NCBI GenBank assembly: GCA_965219575.1 | Contig: OZ244779.1 | Location: forward strand, 428,769-492,768 | DNA from: Candidatus Oxydemutatoraceae bacterium | GTDB lineage: Bacteria > Pseudomonadota > Gammaproteobacteria > Poriferisulfidales > Oxydemutatoraceae | Direction: 5' to 3' | Length of the DNA stretch: 64,000 bases | In this document: piece after piece, positions 1 to 9,751 of the stretch | How the letters are laid out: each line of letters starts with the position of its first letter | How positions within the stretch are numbered: position 1 is the stretch's first letter | Translations under genes and position numbers: made by a program | Notes under the pieces: generated by a model | What the model saw: the letters and a program-made list of their open reading frames with translations, nothing else | The model's database searches: none | Told to the model about the DNA's origin: nothing

Positions 1-316
1 GCTTTAAGGCGATAGACACCGCACAATGCGGGAAGCCTCTGATAAAGTTGGTCGTGCCGTCTAGAGGATCTACCACCCACTGCCATTGCGGATCGTTATC
101 CAATAAACCGCTCTCCTCGGTCATCATTGAATGTTCCGGATAGGCTTTTTGGATAATCTTTATGATTTCCTGCTCGCAAGCGAGGTCTACGCTACTGACC
201 GGATTGTTGACCGCTTTATGCCTGATATCAATTTTGTTTATGAAATTAGCATTGCGAGCAATAATGCTGCCGGCGGCAAGTGCCGCTTTCTCGGCAATAT
301 GAAGTTGTGAAGACAT
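1..316 (-). CDS. suhB: Inositol monophosphatase family protein, 5' part; runs off the window edge
   Basis: Manual translation from ATG at 316: MSSQLHIAEKAALAAG...VSSVDLACEQEII...TEESG...WVVDPLDGTTNFIRGFPHCAVSIA. Contains the IMPase motif DPLDGTTNF. Confidence 0.9.
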   Translation of the reverse strand, partial: MSSQLHIAEKAALAAGSIIARNANFINKIDIRHKAVNNPVSSVDLACEQEIIKIIQKAYPEHSMMTEESGLLDNDPQWQWVVDPLDGTTNFIRGFPHCAVSIALK

Positions 317-518
317 TTATTTAGCGTAAGAGTCCAATTAGATTATGTGGGGCTATTGAAAAAGTATTGGCATCGCACAACAGAACCGACACTTGTGCTA
401 CTGCAACAAAAAACGATTATTCGGAACAAGTAGCAGGGTTACTCGGCAATAGTCGGCGATTCAATAGCTCCTCTCTGCAATTCTGCGAAGACATTATTCA
501 TTAAAACCACAACCAGGA

Positions 519-773
519 TTACTTTAACAAACCAACAACGGAGAAAATTACCGCAGATAGTCCTAAAAATATGGCGACATTCATGCCTACAACCCATACG
601 ATCATTGTGTTTTTTGCATCCGCTATTTTTTCTATTAATCGCGCCTCCTGTTTTGCCAAGTCCGACTTAGTTGCTACTTCTTTGGAACCGACAACATCGG
701 CCACAGCTTTTTCCGCTCCCTCGTGCTTGACACCTAACTTTGTTAGTACATTGTATAGGGCTATGTTTGACAT
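519..773 (-). CDS. Small coiled-coil protein with C-terminal membrane anchor (DUF1640/CCDC90-like)
   Basis: ATKSDL motif, coiled coil, then hydrophobic C-terminus. Paralog of 1084..1350. Confidence 0.65.
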   Translation of the reverse strand: MSNIALYNVLTKLGVKHEGAEKAVADVVGSKEVATKSDLAKQEARLIEKIADAKNTMIVWVVGMNVAIFLGLSAVIFSVVGLLK

Positions 774-850
774 TGATATTCCTCAAGATTAAAATTTCAT
801 TATCTCATAAAAACCCTAATTGACATCAAACGATTTAAGTCCCTTAACGT

Positions 851-897
851 TGACATTCTCCCTAAATTTAGAACCAATGCTAAAGTTGGTTTTTCCA
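851..897 (+). mobile_element. Solo IS3-family left-end remnant
   Basis: TGACATTCTCCCTAAATTTAGAACCAATGCTAAAGTTGGTTTTTCC closely matches the IS3 left end at 57907 (TGACATTTTCCCAAAATTTAGTATCAATGTTAAAGTTAGTTTTTCC). Confidence 0.65.
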
Positions 898-1083
898 TAA
901 AAATGCGACGGATTTCTTTATAAACTTTACTACTGATATGAGAAGTTGAAAATCTATAAACTGAGATTATAACAAATACCGATTGACTTATAGGTTAATT
1001 GCTCGCCGGTGCGGATGACCTAGACTACCCAACAAAAATTACTAAATCTTGCTTCTCTATTATTACCGTCGTAAGTTTTGAAA

Positions 1084-1350
1084 CTAGAGATATTTAATTA
1101 CTCCAATAATTGCTACGCCTAATATAACTATTTTCCATGTCATACGCGTCTCTAGCTTTGCTATAGCGGCATCTATGTATGTTTTAGTTGCCATATCTTT
1201 GACATCTGCTTTCGTTTCTGCTTTTAGTTCTATTATATCTGTTTTAGTTGCTACATTTTTTGAGCTGGCAACATCGGCCACGGCTTCCTTCGCTTCGTCG
1301 TGCTTCAGTCCTAATTTAGTCAATGCGTTGTATAGTGCGATTTCTGACAT
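1084..1350 (-). CDS. Small coiled-coil protein with C-terminal membrane anchor (DUF1640/CCDC90-like)
   Basis: MSEIALYNALTKLG...ATKTDI...ATKT, hydrophobic C-terminus, AGGAG RBS. Paralog of 519..773. Confidence 0.7.
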   Translation of the reverse strand: MSEIALYNALTKLGLKHDEAKEAVADVASSKNVATKTDIIELKAETKADVKDMATKTYIDAAIAKLETRMTWKIVILGVAIIGVIKYL

Positions 1351-1569
1351 CTTTATTTACTCCTATATTTATAGTGCTTGCTATTATAGCCATTATAGCT
1401 GAGAAATCGTAATCTTAAATCAACCCCCTAGTGTATTTGCGGGGGCAACGGCATGAAAACCAAGTCTGCAGATGGTCCTAAAAATGGAGGAACTTTGCCC
1501 TTAACTTCATACTGATTTGATGCGCTTGTAAGGTACAATATCACCCTATTCAATTAGTTAAACTTCATT

Positions 1570-2169
1570 ATGACTGATCAAAAACCTGTTATCGTACTGG
1601 CTTCCGGTTCTAAATCCCGCTATCAGCTGTTGAAACGTCTAAAACTCGACTTTATAACCCATGCAGCGGATATTGACGAGACGGCGTATCACGGCGAACA
1701 GCCTACGGAACTGGCAGAGCGTCTTTCGTGTGCCAAAGCGCGCGCCGTAGCCAATGGTTATCAAAACGCCTTAATCATAGGCTCCGATCAATGCGGCGAG
1801 GTCGACGGTCATATCATCGGCAAACCCGACAATGCCGAACAAGCGTGTAAGCAACTTGCGATGTGTTCCGGCAAAGAGGTTATATTTCATACCGGCTTGT
1901 GCTTGCTCAATACCGAAAACCGACACCACCAATACGAGCGCGTGCCGACCCGCATACACTACCGCGCTTTTAGCACCGAACAAGCAGAGGCTTATGTGCG
2001 TATAGAACAACCCTTTGATTGTTGCGGTAGCCATCGCTCCGAAGGTTTGGGAATCACGCTATGCGAGCGAATGGAAAGCACCGACCCGAGTGCGATGTTG
2101 GGACTACCCTTGATTACGCTCTCTCGAATGTTAGAGCAGAACGGCGTGCCGTTATTAGTCGCATCTTAA
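1570..2169 (+). CDS. maf: Maf/YceF family nucleotide pyrophosphatase
   Basis: IVLASGSKSR, DIDE, IIGSDQ, GKP and GLPL motifs. Next to sppA/rluC, as yceF is in Gammaproteobacteria. Confidence 0.9.
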   Translation: MTDQKPVIVLASGSKSRYQLLKRLKLDFITHAADIDETAYHGEQPTELAERLSCAKARAVANGYQNALIIGSDQCGEVDGHIIGKPDNAEQACKQLAMCSGKEVIFHTGLCLLNTENRHHQYERVPTRIHYRAFSTEQAEAYVRIEQPFDCCGSHRSEGLGITLCERMESTDPSAMLGLPLITLSRMLEQNGVPLLVAS

Positions 2170-3149
2170 TATAAAGACGGCGTTTGAAATTGCCATAACA
2201 GCCTGTTGCCGATCTGGGTACCGAGTCTGCCGACAACCCTATCTAGAAGATTCTGCTGCGGCTGATAGACCACGATTTTTTCAACCCCGACGACTTCTCT
2301 GGCAACTTGCTGGGCGGATGCGAAATTATCTATCAAACCCAATTCTTTGGCTTCCTCGCCCGTCCATATCAAACCCGAAAATAATTGGCTGCCGGTTACG
2401 AGCTTGTCGCCTCGGCCTTGCTTGACACGGCTGATAAATTGTTGATGCACTTGATCCAATAACTTCTGCATATGCGCTTTTACAATCGGATTGGTATCCG
2501 CAAAAGGATCGAGCATATCTTTATATTCTCCCGCCTTCTGCACGCGCCGTTCTATGCCCAACTTATTGATTGCGTCGACCAAACCGAAGCCGTTAAAAAT
2601 AACACCGATAGAACCAATCAAACTTGCCTTATCGGCATAAATCCCGTCGGCAGCTGCGGCGACATAATAAGCACCTGATGCCCCGATATCGGTAATGACC
2701 ACATAGCACGGCTTGTCGGTATATTCGGAACGCAAGCGTAGAATCTCATCGCTGATTTGAGCACTCTGCACGGGGCTACCGCCCGGACTGTTAATCTGCA
2801 AGATAACGGCTCGGGCATTTTCAGTTTCGTATGCTTCCTGCAAAGTCTCTATGATATCGTTTGCCGCAGCCGGTGTGCCCTCGATAATCGGTCCCTCCAG
2901 TTTGACGAGCGCAGTATGTTCCTCCAGTATCGTCGGTTGTATACCCTTAGGCGGCTCCACCGACACAATCAATGCAACAACGATACCGACGATTAGTAGC
3001 CTATAAAAAATACGCCACCGCCTCGCCCGCCGTTGCTCTTGTAAGTGATCGTCAAGCAACGAACGCAATGTGTTTTGCGCCCACCGCTCGTTATCGGAAG
3101 ACGGATTGGTGCCTTCCGAGGAAGTGTTTGATTGGTCTTTGATATCCAT
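2166..3149 (-). CDS. sppA: Signal peptide peptidase SppA (S49 family)
   Basis: INSPGGSP, ASGAYYVA and GSIGV motifs; N-terminal TM segment. Confidence 0.9.
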   Translation of the reverse strand: MDIKDQSNTSSEGTNPSSDNERWAQNTLRSLLDDHLQEQRRARRWRIFYRLLIVGIVVALIVSVEPPKGIQPTILEEHTALVKLEGPIIEGTPAAANDIIETLQEAYETENARAVILQINSPGGSPVQSAQISDEILRLRSEYTDKPCYVVITDIGASGAYYVAAAADGIYADKASLIGSIGVIFNGFGLVDAINKLGIERRVQKAGEYKDMLDPFADTNPIVKAHMQKLLDQVHQQFISRVKQGRGDKLVTGSQLFSGLIWTGEEAKELGLIDNFASAQQVAREVVGVEKIVVYQPQQNLLDRVVGRLGTQIGNRLLWQFQTPSLY

Positions 3150-3221
3150 TTTGAACCTCTATAATGTTTATTGATTTACTGCTACGATATGTCTCGCATC
3201 AACCGGTTTTATCATTTTATA

Positions 3222-4148
3222 TTAAAACGAGGTTCTATCTAACCGCTCTATGAGTTTTTGCAGAGGCTCGGGTAGCGGGGCTTCAAACGACAACACCTTC
3301 TCATGCCACTTAAACGATACCTTGTGAGCATGTAAAAAAATACGCTTGAGTCCCAACCGAGTGAGCTTACGGTTGTTTGAAAAGTCCCCGTATTTGTTAT
3401 CGCCGGCAACGGGGTGCCGGCAATGCGCCGCATGGACACGGATCTGATGGGTGCGTCCGGTAATCAGTGATACCGACATCAAGCTATAGTCTTTGAACGA
3501 ACGGATGACGGTGAAATCGGTGACGGCATACTTGCCGTTGTCGGCTACCGTTTGCTTCTGCACCGCACGACGCAGAGGCGTGGAAACACGGCGCGATTGC
3601 TGCCATCGCCCGACCACTAAAACTTGATAGATTTTCTCGACTTGTGATTCGCGAAACAACTTTTGCAAACGAAGCAAGACATCGCGAGATTTTGCAACGA
3701 TAAGACAGCCGCTGGTATCCTTATCGAGACGATGGACAAGGCCTACATCATCGGAGTATTTATGTTTGAGCAAATCTATCAAACCGAAGCTGTGCGCAGT
3801 GCCGGTGTGAACCGCAAGATGCGCAGGCTTATCGATAACCAACACCTCGTCATCTTCGTAAATAATACACTTCAAGAGGACATCGGCATCGGCATCCGAC
3901 AAACGAGGAGGCGCAGGGGATGTGTTTGCCACCGGCGGTATTCGTATGCGATCGCCCGCAGATAGCTTATAAGAAGGTGGCACGCGCCCGCTATTGACGC
4001 GCAATTCACCCGAGCGAATGACCCGGTAAATATAACTCTTGGGTACATTCTTATATTCTCTAAACAAGAAGTTATCAATCCGCTGCCCGCCGTATGCCTC
4101 CGGCACTTTGATATAACGAACACTTTGTTTTTTAGATGAAACTGCCAT
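3222..4148 (-). CDS. rluC: 23S rRNA pseudouridine synthase, RluA/RluC family
   Basis: S4 domain (GQRIDNFL), HRLDKDTSG, TGRTHQIRVH. Confidence 0.9.
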   Translation of the reverse strand: MAVSSKKQSVRYIKVPEAYGGQRIDNFLFREYKNVPKSYIYRVIRSGELRVNSGRVPPSYKLSAGDRIRIPPVANTSPAPPRLSDADADVLLKCIIYEDDEVLVIDKPAHLAVHTGTAHSFGLIDLLKHKYSDDVGLVHRLDKDTSGCLIVAKSRDVLLRLQKLFRESQVEKIYQVLVVGRWQQSRRVSTPLRRAVQKQTVADNGKYAVTDFTVIRSFKDYSLMSVSLITGRTHQIRVHAAHCRHPVAGDNKYGDFSNNRKLTRLGLKRIFLHAHKVSFKWHEKVLSFEAPLPEPLQKLIERLDRTSF

Positions 4149-4188
4149 AGTTAGGATATTCTACTAAAACCTGAGACCGGAAATTTTA

Positions 4189-4347
4189 GACTGTTGAAAA
4201 AGTGTCCACGAACTATAGGACGGTACATTCCCCTCCTCTGGAGGGGTGGCAGGCGCAGCCTGACGGGATGGTCGCTGCGTGGGGCTGTTGAAAATAGGAA
4301 AGTCGATTGACCTACCGGCTCAATCGGCGGCTCTATCCTGCCCCTAC
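4189..4347. repeat. Mosaic REP/MITE-like intergenic element
   Basis: Modules CTGTTGAAAAAG, TTCCCCTCC-nnn-GGAGGGG hairpin, GATTGACCTACCGGCTCAATC hairpin and CCCCTAC end. Confidence 0.8.
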
Positions 4348-4365
4348 AGGTATCAATCAGCAATA

Positions 4366-5325
4366 CTACTCGGTGGTTTCGTTCTTTAGCTGTTTAATCT
4401 CGTCAGCAGATAAACCTGTCAATTTTGAAATCTCAGAAACCTCATAATTTTCTTGCAACATGTTCAAAGCAATTTCGTGCTCTCTTTTTACTTTACCTTC
4501 TGCCAACCCTTTAGCTAACCCTTTGGCTAACCCTTTAGCCTTGACTTCTTCCATAATCTCTTGCTTTCTCACATGGCGTTCCCACTCTTGTCTTTCTAAC
4601 AATATAGCGTTCCAATACTCTCTATTCTCTTTTGATACTTTCTCTAAATGTTTTAATGCCATCTTCGTCTCTCCGTCTTGTGATAAATGCTTTACTTGCT
4701 AAGCCGTCAATTCCGCCGAGTGCTTGATAATATAGCACCACCTATCCGTCATATCAACCAACTCAAGGTAGTTCTTGTTGAACTTGCTCAATTCCACTAT
4801 CACCAACCCAAAATCCTTAGTCAATTCTTTATGCCGATGCTTACGCAGAGTGATTATTGTCTCGTTTATATAGTCCTCTTCATCAAACACCGTGAACCGA
4901 GTAAACACCAGTAAGTGGCTCGGATCAATCCGACTAAACTTTTGTCCACGCTTCATACCATAAGAGTGCAACTGCACCCAATAAGCCAACATTCTACTAA
5001 AGAAGTCCTTTTGAGAATAGCCCTGCATCTCTATGTCGATATTCTCACCGCTATTTAATTTGACATGGAGGTCTAGCACAACTTGTTTGCCACCCGGTGT
5101 GTCCGGTGGGATAGAGCTATCCTGCAGATGTAGCATATCGCCCGATTGGTTTTGTTGATTTGCGGTTTCGGATGCAGGGTTGAGTATCATCATATCCGGC
5201 GCATTATCGGAGGTCGGCAGGAAGCTCTTAATCAACGAGAACAATACTTGCTTATTGATCGAGAAGTATCGCTTAAAGGAAATATCTTTTGTCAAGTCTA
5301 AGTATCCGAGATGTTTTTCATTCAT
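4366..5325 (-). pseudogene. Rpn family (PD-(D/E)XK nuclease/putative transposase) gene interrupted by one in-frame TAG at 4699-4701; C-terminal ORF 4366..4662 intact
   Basis: LDLTKDISFK N-terminus and D...IDIEMQ nuclease motif. The frame continues through the TAG as QVKHLSQDGETK-MALKH... into AKGL repeats and the EISKLTGLS tail. Likely start ATG 5325 with AGGAGA RBS. Confidence 0.85.
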
Positions 5326-5570
5326 AGTAAATCTCCTATAAATTGGGTGTAAAACATCTACCCTAAACCCGGTATTGAGTAGGAGGAGAGACAAATGGAT
5401 GAACGGTAGTAAATACATGTTGAACGGTATATTAGAGGGTGATATTCCCTTGCAAAGGAGGGGAATATCCACCCTAAAGGTGCCTTAAGAATACTTTTTC
5501 AACAGCCCCGCCCCGAAAGTATCTGCGCAACGTCACGCCGATTGACCTACCGGCTCAATCGGAGGTTCTA

Positions 5571-6092
5571 TCATAGTTTCCTAGAATCGTAAGCCCAATG
5601 CAACAATGCTTGCCGTTGTCGAGGACGACAATTTATATCGCCGCGTCTGCAATTTTTTTCGACGGCACTTACGTGCCGCTTGATCGCACGCCATCGTTTG
5701 ATCTGTCTTATATCTTCCGAAGGAATACGCCGCCCCATATAATAGCGGCAATACCATTGAAACCAACCGCGCGGGTCGTAAGGATAAATCCAACCTTTCT
5801 TTCTCCATTCTCGCAACGGTAAAGAAGCGTCCACCTTGAAGTAATTTAATGTCGGGTCTTTATGCAGTAGTGCGAGTTTGGCATTCTCGAACCAAGTGTG
5901 CGGAAATTCGTCTTGGCAGTCACACATATATTTGCCGCCGAAAATTCCCAGCTTCAATAACTCTTTAGGGCTGAGTTGCGGTTTGAAATCGTCGTCGAAA
6001 TTACGACCTACCGGTTCCACCAAGTAATAGACATAATTTCTCTGCATCTTGTCGTTGACCACGACTTTTTTCCGTGTCATATATGATCCCAA
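5571..6092 (-). CDS. Conserved hypothetical protein
   Basis: 173-aa ORF with conserved-looking motifs (GIFGGKY, DPRGWFQWYCRYYMGRR, RQALLHWAYD). Confidence 0.75.
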   Translation of the reverse strand: MGSYMTRKKVVVNDKMQRNYVYYLVEPVGRNFDDDFKPQLSPKELLKLGIFGGKYMCDCQDEFPHTWFENAKLALLHKDPTLNYFKVDASLPLREWRKKGWIYPYDPRGWFQWYCRYYMGRRIPSEDIRQIKRWRAIKRHVSAVEKNCRRGDINCRPRQRQALLHWAYDSRKL

Positions 6093-6112
6093 CGTATCGT
6101 GCGCATGTAGAA

Positions 6113-6463
6113 GGCTGTTGAAAAGTACTGTTTTTGCACAACTGCAACCGCTTGCGCCGTGAATATCTACAAACCACCCGTAAGGGCGGACTCACATGTC
6201 CGCCCGCCCCTACGGTTCGTGGATACTTTTTCAACAATCCCTGCGTATCTGCACAATTTTTACCCGATTTATGGAAACCAAAACCACACGGCGCAAGCGA
6301 TTACAGCTGTGCAGAACGACACTTTAGGGCGGACATCAAAATTGCCGATTGACCTACTGGCTCAATCGGCGGCTTTGTTCTGCCCCCACGGCTTGGTGGT
6401 TATTATAAATTCACGGCGCAAGCGGTTACGGTTGCACGCTGACGATACTTTTTCAACAGTCCC
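6113..6463. repeat. Mosaic REP/MITE-like intergenic element
   Basis: GGCTGTTGAAAA...TTTTTCAACA ends with internal GGGCGGAC/GTCCGCCC palindromes and the GATTGACC hairpin. Confidence 0.85.
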
Positions 6464-6476
6464 TCGCGCGTGAACG

Positions 6477-7358
6477 CTACCGATATTTCTCGCCGATCTT
6501 CCAAACCTCTCTTTCCCGAAACGCAGCGATAGTCTGGCGGCGGGCAGCGTTGGTTACCGCCGATGGAGAAAGGTTGTTTTGCGCGATGTGTTCGGATAAG
6601 CGGATAATATTTTCTCCTCGTAAATAAGCGATGCGCTTATGCAATGCTTCCATGATGCCTAAAGCTACAATATTCTCCATTGTTCTGGTTCGCTTTTGAG
6701 GGCGATATTCATCGAACGCTTGATAGTATGTGCGCTTCGTTCTGTTGCGAATAATAATTCCAGGGAACCCCAGTTCCAATAAATGGAAGTTAATAATGAC
6801 TCGTCCTATGCGGCCGTTGCCGTCGCAAAACGGATGTATAGTCTCAAACTCCAGATGGAATCGGGCAATTTTATCGAGAAAATAACTGTCTATGTCGTTC
6901 TCGTAAATAAACAGGCTGTGTTCAATCATCCTTTCCACATGTTCGGGTGGAGGTGCTATATGCGTACCGACCCGAACATACTCACCTTGCCGCCGGAAAC
7001 GGCCGGCAATGGCATCGTTAATACCACCCATAAGCATGCGATGAAAAAGCAGAATGATATCTTTCGTCAGAGGCACTTTGCCCGCTTTGTCTCGCTTATA
7101 TGCAATAACCCGATGCAAATTCTTTGCTTCGAACAACTCGCGCACCGATACACGACGGGATAATTCCATCTCCAGCAAAATTTTCTCGGTTTCTTTTAAG
7201 GTCAGCGTTGAATTTTCGATAGCATTAGAGTTATAAACATTCTCCGGCACCTCTGCTTTGTCGATTAAAGCCAAAAGAGCCTCCTTACCTCCTTTCAAAG
7301 AGGCATATTCTTCGCGCAAGGCATGAATTTTTTTTCTATAAGATTGGGTAATAGCCAT
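6477..7358 (-). CDS. Fic family protein (class II, auto-inhibited)
   Basis: HPFCDGNGRIGR catalytic motif and N-terminal SNAIEN inhibitory motif. Confidence 0.9.
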   Translation of the reverse strand: MAITQSYRKKIHALREEYASLKGGKEALLALIDKAEVPENVYNSNAIENSTLTLKETEKILLEMELSRRVSVRELFEAKNLHRVIAYKRDKAGKVPLTKDIILLFHRMLMGGINDAIAGRFRRQGEYVRVGTHIAPPPEHVERMIEHSLFIYENDIDSYFLDKIARFHLEFETIHPFCDGNGRIGRVIINFHLLELGFPGIIIRNRTKRTYYQAFDEYRPQKRTRTMENIVALGIMEALHKRIAYLRGENIIRLSEHIAQNNLSPSAVTNAARRQTIAAFREREVWKIGEKYR

Positions 7359-7449
7359 TCTCTTATTATATCAATTCACTAATATATGCAATAAAAAAGT
7401 GAATATATCCTAAAAACTGGGTATATTTACTTATTTTTAATGTTGTATA

Positions 7450-8118
7450 ATGAACTTTTTTCTGTATATAAGGACGACGCAATTGGATATTAAGAATACA
7501 AAAGAGTATTACGGGCTAGGGGCTATTGCTCTGCACTGGATTGTCGCACTGGGTTTTCTCGGTTCTTATGTGGCAGTATATTATCGCCATTGGTTCACCG
7601 ACAATTCATTCAGTCAAACCGGAGAGTTGACACCCAGTATGATCGCCTTACATATGCACCTGTCATTCGGGATAACGATTGCTGTCTTTGTTGCTTTGCG
7701 CGTTGTATGGAAATTGCTTAACAAAACACCCGACAAGGTTCCGGGAACCAAGTTTGAACATTCTGCAGCCCGTATCGTACACCGGCTACTCTACGCAGCA
7801 ATGATCATCATGCCGATAACCGGTTATATGGGAACAAAACTAGACGCGAACTATTTTCTGTTGGTGGATATTCCGAAATTTTCCGATACCGCCCTCTATT
7901 CGTTGCTGGTGGAACAATGGCTGGGCATGGACTGGGAAAGTTTTGAACCCATCATGGATTTCGTTCACAAAGAAAGTGGTGCTTACATAATCTGGGTTTT
8001 AATTGGATTGCACGCCGGTGCCGCACTCTATCATCACTTCATAAAAAAAGACCAAACATTAAGACGCATGACAACTTTAGCCCTATCCAAAAGTGCATAT
8101 TCCTCACATAAAGTTTAG
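7450..8118 (+). CDS. Cytochrome b561 (YceJ/CybB-like)
   Basis: LHW, HLSFG, VHRLLY and LHAGAALYHH heme-ligand pattern in TM helices. Start may be the TTG at 7483. Confidence 0.85.
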   Translation: MNFFLYIRTTQLDIKNTKEYYGLGAIALHWIVALGFLGSYVAVYYRHWFTDNSFSQTGELTPSMIALHMHLSFGITIAVFVALRVVWKLLNKTPDKVPGTKFEHSAARIVHRLLYAAMIIMPITGYMGTKLDANYFLLVDIPKFSDTALYSLLVEQWLGMDWESFEPIMDFVHKESGAYIIWVLIGLHAGAALYHHFIKKDQTLRRMTTLALSKSAYSSHKV

Positions 8119-8133
8119 TGCCGGTACAGATGT

Positions 8134-8430
8134 GGGACTGTTGAAAAAGTACCGCTCTGCACGAATTCAACCGCTTTGCACCACATGTATGATAACCACA
8201 AAGTCGTAGGGGCAGACCTGTGTGTCTGCCCAAAACGATACCGTTCTGCACAGCCGTAACCGCTTGCGCCATTTAGTTTTGGTTTCCATAAATTGGATGA
8301 ATGAATGTATAAATTGTGCAGGCACAACGCGTTACGGGCAGAACAGAGCCGCCGATTGAGCCAGTAGGTCAATCGGCAATTTAATGAAGTCCGCCCCTAC
8401 CACTCTATGAAATACTTTTTCAACAGCCCC
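8134..8430. repeat. Mosaic REP/MITE-like element with terminal inverted repeats
   Basis: GGGACTGTTGAAAAAGTA...TACTTTTTCAACAGCCCC enclosing two inverted GTAG-REP palindromes. Confidence 0.85.
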
Positions 8431-8483
8431 ATGTAACCGCAGTCTGTCGAGAACTATTTTCCAACCACTTGCTATTCACTAAC

Positions 8484-9536
8484 TTAACCGGGAACTTGAT
8501 TTTTACCACGCTTCCGATTTTTAAGTAACATTGAAGCCTTAGGAACCGGAATAAAGTTATCGACTTTCTGATGATACTTAAATCTCACCCATAATAATTG
8601 AAAAGAAACAATTTTGATTGAAGGATTAAAAAATCTAACTATTTCTGAAAACCACGACCCGGTAGTATAGATTAACTGAGTTCTCGATAGAATCAAGAGA
8701 TCCATTAGTGCATCCTCTATTCGTTGTTTATCATAGAATTCTCGTTTGTGTAAGGGCCTATTGTCGTAAGACCGCTTAATTTCTGTAGAGAAAACTCTGC
8801 CGGGGAATGCCTCCTTTATTTGCTCAATGAATTGCGCCTGATCGGAACAGGCAAAGATATTATAACGATCATCCAAAACCTCTTTTAGATAAGCAATATA
8901 GGACTCTATGCTTATTAATCGGTATCCCCCCCCTGTTATTTTAAGATCGGTACCTCTATAGTGAATACCTACCCAATCGCCTTGTGGCTTGCTATTAAAC
9001 CACTCGTCGGCTTGCTCTCTAAAATCTGCTTTGATTGCTAGCTTGGAAATTATTTTGTATCCGAACTCGGCTGGAACTGCAAATTTTGCATAATTCTCCC
9101 ATAACCTAATCTTTCTAAGATACGATGCGCGATCTTTATGCAAGTTTTTTGGCGAATTTATTAGATCAAAATTGTCGAAAATACTTTCTAAGTCAGGACA
9201 ACCAACCTTGATATTCATATTCATTTTTTCACCAAACCACGCAACTCCGATTATTGCAAAAATATGGGTTGATATAGAACTACCTGTGCGTTTTTTGCTA
9301 TCAAATTTAATATTCCTGGAATGAGCAACTCTCATAGAGTTCACGGTAGACTTTAAGTTATACGCGGTAAAACATCGGCCTCTTTTTAATTTTTCCCAGT
9401 ATAGCGGGAACAAGAGGACTTCTTTATAAGGTGTCCTTTTCTTGTAATATCCGGCAAGTACAACATGAAGCGCACCAACAGCCACTATCAAAGCTTTCAA
9501 GCGATACCAAAGATTATGGGCAACCGTTCTGATCAT
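8484..9536 (-). CDS. Putative fucosyltransferase (NodZ/GT23-like)
   Basis: VGIHYRGTD, FACSD and ALMDLLILSR motifs typical of GDP-fucose transferases. AT-rich. Confidence 0.6.
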   Translation of the reverse strand: MIRTVAHNLWYRLKALIVAVGALHVVLAGYYKKRTPYKEVLLFPLYWEKLKRGRCFTAYNLKSTVNSMRVAHSRNIKFDSKKRTGSSISTHIFAIIGVAWFGEKMNMNIKVGCPDLESIFDNFDLINSPKNLHKDRASYLRKIRLWENYAKFAVPAEFGYKIISKLAIKADFREQADEWFNSKPQGDWVGIHYRGTDLKITGGGYRLISIESYIAYLKEVLDDRYNIFACSDQAQFIEQIKEAFPGRVFSTEIKRSYDNRPLHKREFYDKQRIEDALMDLLILSRTQLIYTTGSWFSEIVRFFNPSIKIVSFQLLWVRFKYHQKVDNFIPVPKASMLLKNRKRGKNQVPG

Positions 9537-9751
9537 TGTGTTGATTTTTTCTTTATTTTTAAGGATAAAACTTAAATGAAGTCTTTATTATAAGGCACTT
9601 TTATTCTAAGTACTGAAAACCTTGATAAGCTAGATTTCCAAGGTTGCATTCCGATGTCGGTCGGTTATTCCGGCTATGAGGGCAACCCTCGGTTGTGCGA
9701 TGAATCAAACATATAACCTTTATGTCATATAATTAGCCACAAGGATTTCTC

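Noticed and set aside
4699-4701. Pyrrolysine or alternative-code readthrough of TAG
   Set aside because: Other genes here end in TAG normally (e.g. metG, pip), and no pyl genes are visible.
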